64,000 bases of DNA, taken from Candidatus Kapaibacterium sp. Lineage in GTDB: Bacteria > Bacteroidota > Ignavibacteria > Kapaibacteriales > UBA2268. The DNA lies in contig OY762428.1 of assembly GCA_963665665.1 (NCBI GenBank), positions 128,001-192,000 of the forward strand. Direction: 5' to 3'. Below the pieces are notes generated by a model that did no database searches, was not told the origin of the DNA, and saw only the letters and a list, made by a program, of their open reading frames with translations. The position numbers and the translations under genes were made by a program. This document shows, piece by piece, positions 59,942 to 64,000 of this stretch. The first letter of the stretch is position 1; each line of letters starts with the position of its first letter.

Positions 59942-61889
59942 GGTTTTTCCTGAATAAATATTTTAAACATATATCAGTATCTAATAAAAAACTATAGTTT
60001 TGCACGTAGTAATCATTTAATTTTTTTATAGCCGACTGAGCCAGGCTTTCCGGCCTGCTGATACCGGCTATACTGATTATTCCCGGCTTTGCTATGCCAT
60101 TTGTTTCCTTTTCAACCGGATAAATCCCTACTACAGAATAATCACCTTTTAAAGTCATAACTAATTTACGAAGCAAAACCTTCTTATAGTTTGCAAACAA
60201 ATATACTATAGGAAGTCCAATAGTCAAAAGAAAAACGGAAATTCCAATATCCGCAAGCCTTTTTATTAGTTGGTATCTTAGCTTTGCCAGGTTGGATTTT
60301 TCAATATCTCCTCTTTTCACTGATAAATTATCAATGATCTTGGAAGATACCAGGTCCTCGTAATCATGAGCCACATGAAACTTCACCCTGGGATTAGAAA
60401 TTCCGGATATAATCTTGATAATATCAGTTTTCGAAAGTTCCGGATCGGTAATAATTATTTCCTTAATTTTTTTATCTTCAATTATCGAAGAAAGATAATC
60501 CACATGGCCAATTTCCGGAATGCCTGCAATATTTTCAATTTTCCTGCTTTTTGTTCTGATAAGCCCGACAATATTTACATTCATCGATTCGGCAGATTGC
60601 AAGGCCTTTACAAACTTTCCGGTTTGATTGTTAATTCCTACAATAGCAATTTTTTTATCAGCATTGCTTCCACTCAGATTGTCAAACAATGAAAGCAATA
60701 TCCTGCTGATCGTGGAAAATGCAATACCCAATCCGGAAGTCATTAGCAATATTCCCCTGCTAAATCCATACTCCTCTTTGAAGAAGTAAGTCATTGTTGA
60801 TAATATAAAGAAGGAGGATAGATGGGAAAAAGTAGATTTCCTGACGGTCGGATTGTTCTCGAAATACTCACCGCTTGCAACCATTGATACAAAGAGGACA
60901 ACCGAGATCACTATAAAAACAGTAGGATAAGCATATTCAGGGAAGTTGAAAAACTCTCCGAACCTATATTTAGTGGATAACAAAAGTGCAAGATTGATAC
61001 CGATCATATCTGTAAGAATAATAAATATATCCCTGCGATATTTGCTCAGATATGCCATCAAGGTTCTAAGAATAATACCAAATCTCAGAAATGACAGGAA
61101 AAATACTGATTTCCCATAGTGCTTCTCGGCAAATATCTCCATTGCCTTGTAGAAATGCTTTACCGAGTTTATTGATGACCTTCGGGTTGACTCGCCCTTG
61201 AAGTGAATAATTGAAGTTTCGTGGTAATATACTATCTTCCAGCCTGAGTTCTTGGCCCTGAAACAAAGGTCAATATCTTCTGCATACATAAAGAAATCTT
61301 CGTCAAATCCATCAATGGCATCGATTGTTTCTTTACGGCAGAACATGAAAGCGCCAATAACGGCGTCGATTTCATAAGTATCATCGATACTACGAAAAGT
61401 TTGATTATACTTTGCAAAAAGTCTGGATTTCGGAAATAAGGACTGCAAGCCAAACAATTTGCTGAATGATGCCCAGGGAGTAGGAAATCCCCTGCGGCAG
61501 GCAAGCTGGAAAGTACCGTCAGGATTCAATACCTTACAGCCGGATATTCCAATATCAGGATTACTTTCCATAAAATCGAACATTTTCCGGAGCGTATTGT
61601 CCTCAAGAATTGTGTCAGGATTTAGTATAAGGATATATTTGCCGATAGATTCCCTGAATCCGATATTATTCGCTTTTCCAAACCCAAGGTTTTTACCGGT
61701 ACTGATAAATTTTACATTCGGAAATATCGGGCTTAGTTCTTCAACAGAAGCATCTATTGAATTATTATCAACAACAATAGTTTCCACATTCAACTCAGTT
61801 TTCGACTGGTCTATCGAACGCAGGCACTGTAGAAGAAAATCCTTTACGTTGTAATTAACAATTACTATTGATATATCTGTTTTATCCAT
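59931..61889 (-). CDS. GT2 glycosyltransferase fused to TM/CoA-binding/sugar-transferase-like C-terminal region
   Basis: [37 protein letters not shown]-terminal KR..DI..S and YVQNYS..LD..I. Confidence 0.88.
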   Translation of the reverse strand: MDKTDISIVIVNYNVKDFLLQCLRSIDQSKTELNVETIVVDNNSIDASVEELSPIFPNVKFISTGKNLGFGKANNIGFRESIGKYILILNPDTILEDNTLRKMFDFMESNPDIGISGCKVLNPDGTFQLACRRGFPTPWASFSKLFGLQSLFPKSRLFAKYNQTFRSIDDTYEIDAVIGAFMFCRKETIDAIDGFDEDFFMYAEDIDLCFRAKNSGWKIVYYHETSIIHFKGESTRRSSINSVKHFYKAMEIFAEKHYGKSVFFLSFLRFGIILRTLMAYLSKYRRDIFIILTDMIGINLALLLSTKYRFGEFFNFPEYAYPTVFIVISVVLFVSMVASGEYFENNPTVRKSTFSHLSSFFILSTMTYFFKEEYGFSRGILLMTSGLGIAFSTISRILLSLFDNLSGSNADKKIAIVGINNQTGKFVKALQSAESMNVNIVGLIRTKSRKIENIAGIPEIGHVDYLSSIIEDKKIKEIIITDPELSKTDIIKIISGISNPRVKFHVAHDYEDLVSSKIIDNLSVKRGDIEKSNLAKLRYQLIKRLADIGISVFLLTIGLPIVYLFANYKKVLLRKLVMTLKGDYSVVGIYPVEKETNGIAKPGIISIAGISRPESLAQSAIKKLNDYYVQNYSFLLDTDICLKYLFRKNRGK

Positions 61890-61902
61890 ATATTCCGGAT
61901 TA

Positions 61903-62595
61903 CTATATCCCCATTTCAATACTAAGCATAGTTACGGCAGCAATAGCGGCGGTTTCGGCTCTTAACCTTTTATTGGAAAGCCAAAGTTGCTTTAAATTTT
62001 TTATATCGTGTAATAATTTGAACTCATTCGGCGAAAATCCTCCCTCGGGACCAATAAGTATAATTGAATTATTATCTATTTCATTAATACAGCCACCGTT
62101 TATGTCAGCCAGAATAAAATCCCAATCCCCGGAATAAACATCTATCAGTTCTTCCAGTGCCATAGGCTCTTCAACTGTCGGCAGATAAGCTCTTTTACAT
62201 TGCTTCATAGCTGCAATTGTTTTTTTTCTCAGCCGGTCGGTATTAACTTTTCTTTTTTGTGAAAAATCGCATATCAATGGAATTATCCTGCTTACTCCAA
62301 GCTCAACGGCTTTTTCCACTGCAAACTCGAATCTATCGCGATTGTCAAGAATTCCGAGAGCCATTCCCAGTTCTTGTTCCGGAAGATAGTCTTCGCATAC
62401 ATCCATAATTTCCAGGATACAGCTTTTCTTATTAATTTCATTGATTAGCGCCGTAGCTAATAGCCCCGTCCCCGAACTTAACGAAATGGAATCCCCGGAT
62501 TTAAGCCGTAAAGCCTTTATATGGCGAAATTCCTGATCGAAAATTTCTATTTTGTGATCTTCCCCGCTTAGTTGAGGATAATAGATACATTCCAT
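61903..62595 (-). CDS. rsmE: 16S rRNA m3U1498 methyltransferase RsmE
   Basis: H..ALRL..GD, EKAVELGV, A.KQC.R, IGPEGGFS, LRAETA. Confidence 0.95.
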   Translation of the reverse strand: MECIYYPQLSGEDHKIEIFDQEFRHIKALRLKSGDSISLSSGTGLLATALINEINKKSCILEIMDVCEDYLPEQELGMALGILDNRDRFEFAVEKAVELGVSRIIPLICDFSQKRKVNTDRLRKKTIAAMKQCKRAYLPTVEEPMALEELIDVYSGDWDFILADINGGCINEIDNNSIILIGPEGGFSPNEFKLLHDIKNLKQLWLSNKRLRAETAAIAAVTMLSIEMGI

Positions 62596-62674
62596 ACAAA
62601 AAATAATTTTTGAAAAAAACTCAACTTCAAATTATGAAAACTTTGGCAATTTAGGAAGGACTTTACATAAATAA

Positions 62675-62752
62675 GAAGTCCCCCTTACTGATACGCTTGT
62701 GCTTTTGGGGGAATTGTGGGAGGGTTTAGCCCTAAGCGTAAGGGGGACTCAG
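62675..62752. other. Structured intergenic element (candidate ncRNA or cis-regulatory RNA)
   Basis: 12-bp inverted repeat AGTCCCCCTTAC (62677-62688) / GTAAGGGGGACT (62738-62749) enclosing a TACGCTT/AAGCGTA pairing and an AGGGTTTAGCCCT hairpin. Confidence 0.45.
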
Positions 62753-63121
62753 GTTTTTTATCATTTTCCGAAATTTATATCAATTTATCTTGCCTTTATT
62801 TTTTTCCTTCTCATTATCTCTTGTATTAAGGAACGTATCAGAAATAAATTTATTGACGGCAAAGAGTTAAATTTTTGAATTTTTTTTGTTATTTATTAAA
62901 CATGCTGTTTTTTGTCAAAAAACGAAGGAAATTAAATTTAGAAATTACAAATAATATTCGTATATTGCTGTTTCGGAGTAAATAGGCGGATTATTTTCTT
63001 TTTATCTTAGAATATTTTTGTTTTACCGCTTTTACCCCTCTACGTTTCAAAATAAAAATATTTTGCGGAATATTGAACATAAAAAAAATTATTTTTTGGT
63101 TACGTTAAGGACTAATATCAA

Positions 63122-64000
63122 ATGAAGCTTTCAGAATTCAAATATAATGCCCCTAAAACTGTAGCAGCTACCCAACCGGCAGATCCGAGAGATTCGTCAA
63201 AACTGATGATTTTGGATGTTAATAAAGAAAAAATTGAGAACAAGGTATTCTCGGATATTTATGACCAGTTTCAGAAAGGTGATTGCTTAGTACTTAACCA
63301 GACAAAAGTTTTTCCGGCCCGACTTTACGGTAATAAAGAAAAAACCAATGCAAAAATTGAAGTTATGCTTCTTAGAGAATTGAAATCTGAAGATCGTATC
63401 TGGGATGTTCTGGTAGAGCCCGCAAGAAAAGTAAGAATTGGAAATAAAATATATTTCGACGACGGAAAATTTTATTGTGAAGTAATCGACAACACTACAT
63501 CTCGTGGCAGAACTGTTCGATTCAGTTATGATGGCAACCTGTTCAGCGTGATTGAAAGAATCGGTGAAATGCCACTTCCATCCTATATCAGCAGAGAACC
63601 TGATGAATCAGATAAACAAAAATACCAGTGCGTTTTTGCTAATGAGAAATACTTAGCCTCGATAGCGCCTCCAACCAGCGGCCTGCACTTCACCGAAGAA
63701 ATGCTGCAAAAACTTGAGGAAAAAGGCGTAAGAATTGCAAAAATCAATCTGACTATCGGACAGGGTGTTTTCGAGAATATTGAAGTTGAAGACCTGACAA
63801 AACACAGGATGTATTCTGAAAACTTCGAAATATCTATGGAGGCAGCCGAAACGATCAATAAATCACTACTGAGCAAGAAAAATATTTTTGCTGTTGGTGC
63901 AAGTGTTGTAAGAGCTCTTGAAGCATCAGTTCTGACAACCGGGAAAGTTAAGCCCAATAAAGGCTGGACAGATAAGTTTATCTATCCTCCCTACGAGTTC
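63122..64000 (+). CDS. queA: S-adenosylmethionine:tRNA ribosyltransferase-isomerase QueA, runs off the right window edge
   Basis: Manual translation MKLSEFKY...PRDSSKLM...LVLNQTKVFPARLYG...GEMPLPSYI.R...APPTSGLHFT. Confidence 0.95.
   Translation, partial: MKLSEFKYNAPKTVAATQPADPRDSSKLMILDVNKEKIENKVFSDIYDQFQKGDCLVLNQTKVFPARLYGNKEKTNAKIEVMLLRELKSEDRIWDVLVEPARKVRIGNKIYFDDGKFYCEVIDNTTSRGRTVRFSYDGNLFSVIERIGEMPLPSYISREPDESDKQKYQCVFANEKYLASIAPPTSGLHFTEEMLQKLEEKGVRIAKINLTIGQGVFENIEVEDLTKHRMYSENFEISMEAAETINKSLLSKKNIFAVGASVVRALEASVLTTGKVKPNKGWTDKFIYPPYEF

Noticed and set aside
63583-63957. 124-aa minus-strand ORF
   Set aside because: Antisense shadow of queA
1-64000. tRNA/rRNA genes, reverse transcriptase (retron/DGR), integrase or prophage
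   Set aside because: No recognisable signatures seen by eye; a covariance-model scan was not possible

Overview
Bacterial chromosomal window, AT-rich overall. It is probably FCB superphylum, Ignavibacteria/Ca. Kapabacteria-like, inferred from PorX, a T9SS cargo protein and the Rhs core style. Left end: a minus-strand type I-B-like (PGING-variant) cas operon, cas6-cas5-cas8-cas7-cas3-cas4-cas1. cas1 runs off the window, and no cas2 or CRISPR array is visible. The rest is mostly housekeeping and envelope genes: porX, rarA, split transketolase, archease, nuoLMN, an ABC exporter, glycosyltransferases, a MoxR/DUF58/SpoIIM/RDD cluster, accA, rsmE and queA. There are two IS elements (IS4 and IS3 families), an orphan Rhs toxin/immunity cassette and dense clusters of REP-like palindromes. 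The most unusual signal is a family of non-CRISPR arrays with a strict 21-nt register at about 7.8-9.9 kb, 28.4-29.65 kb and 38.8-39.0 kb. The first two are built from combinatorially shuffled half-units, and embedded hairpins occupy exact multiples of 21 nt. Every array abuts a REP cluster, and the third lies upstream of an IS-split helical+FN3-domain gene. Also notable are two precise, TSD-less REP-like insertions inside the Rhs core. All calls were made by eye, without database searches.
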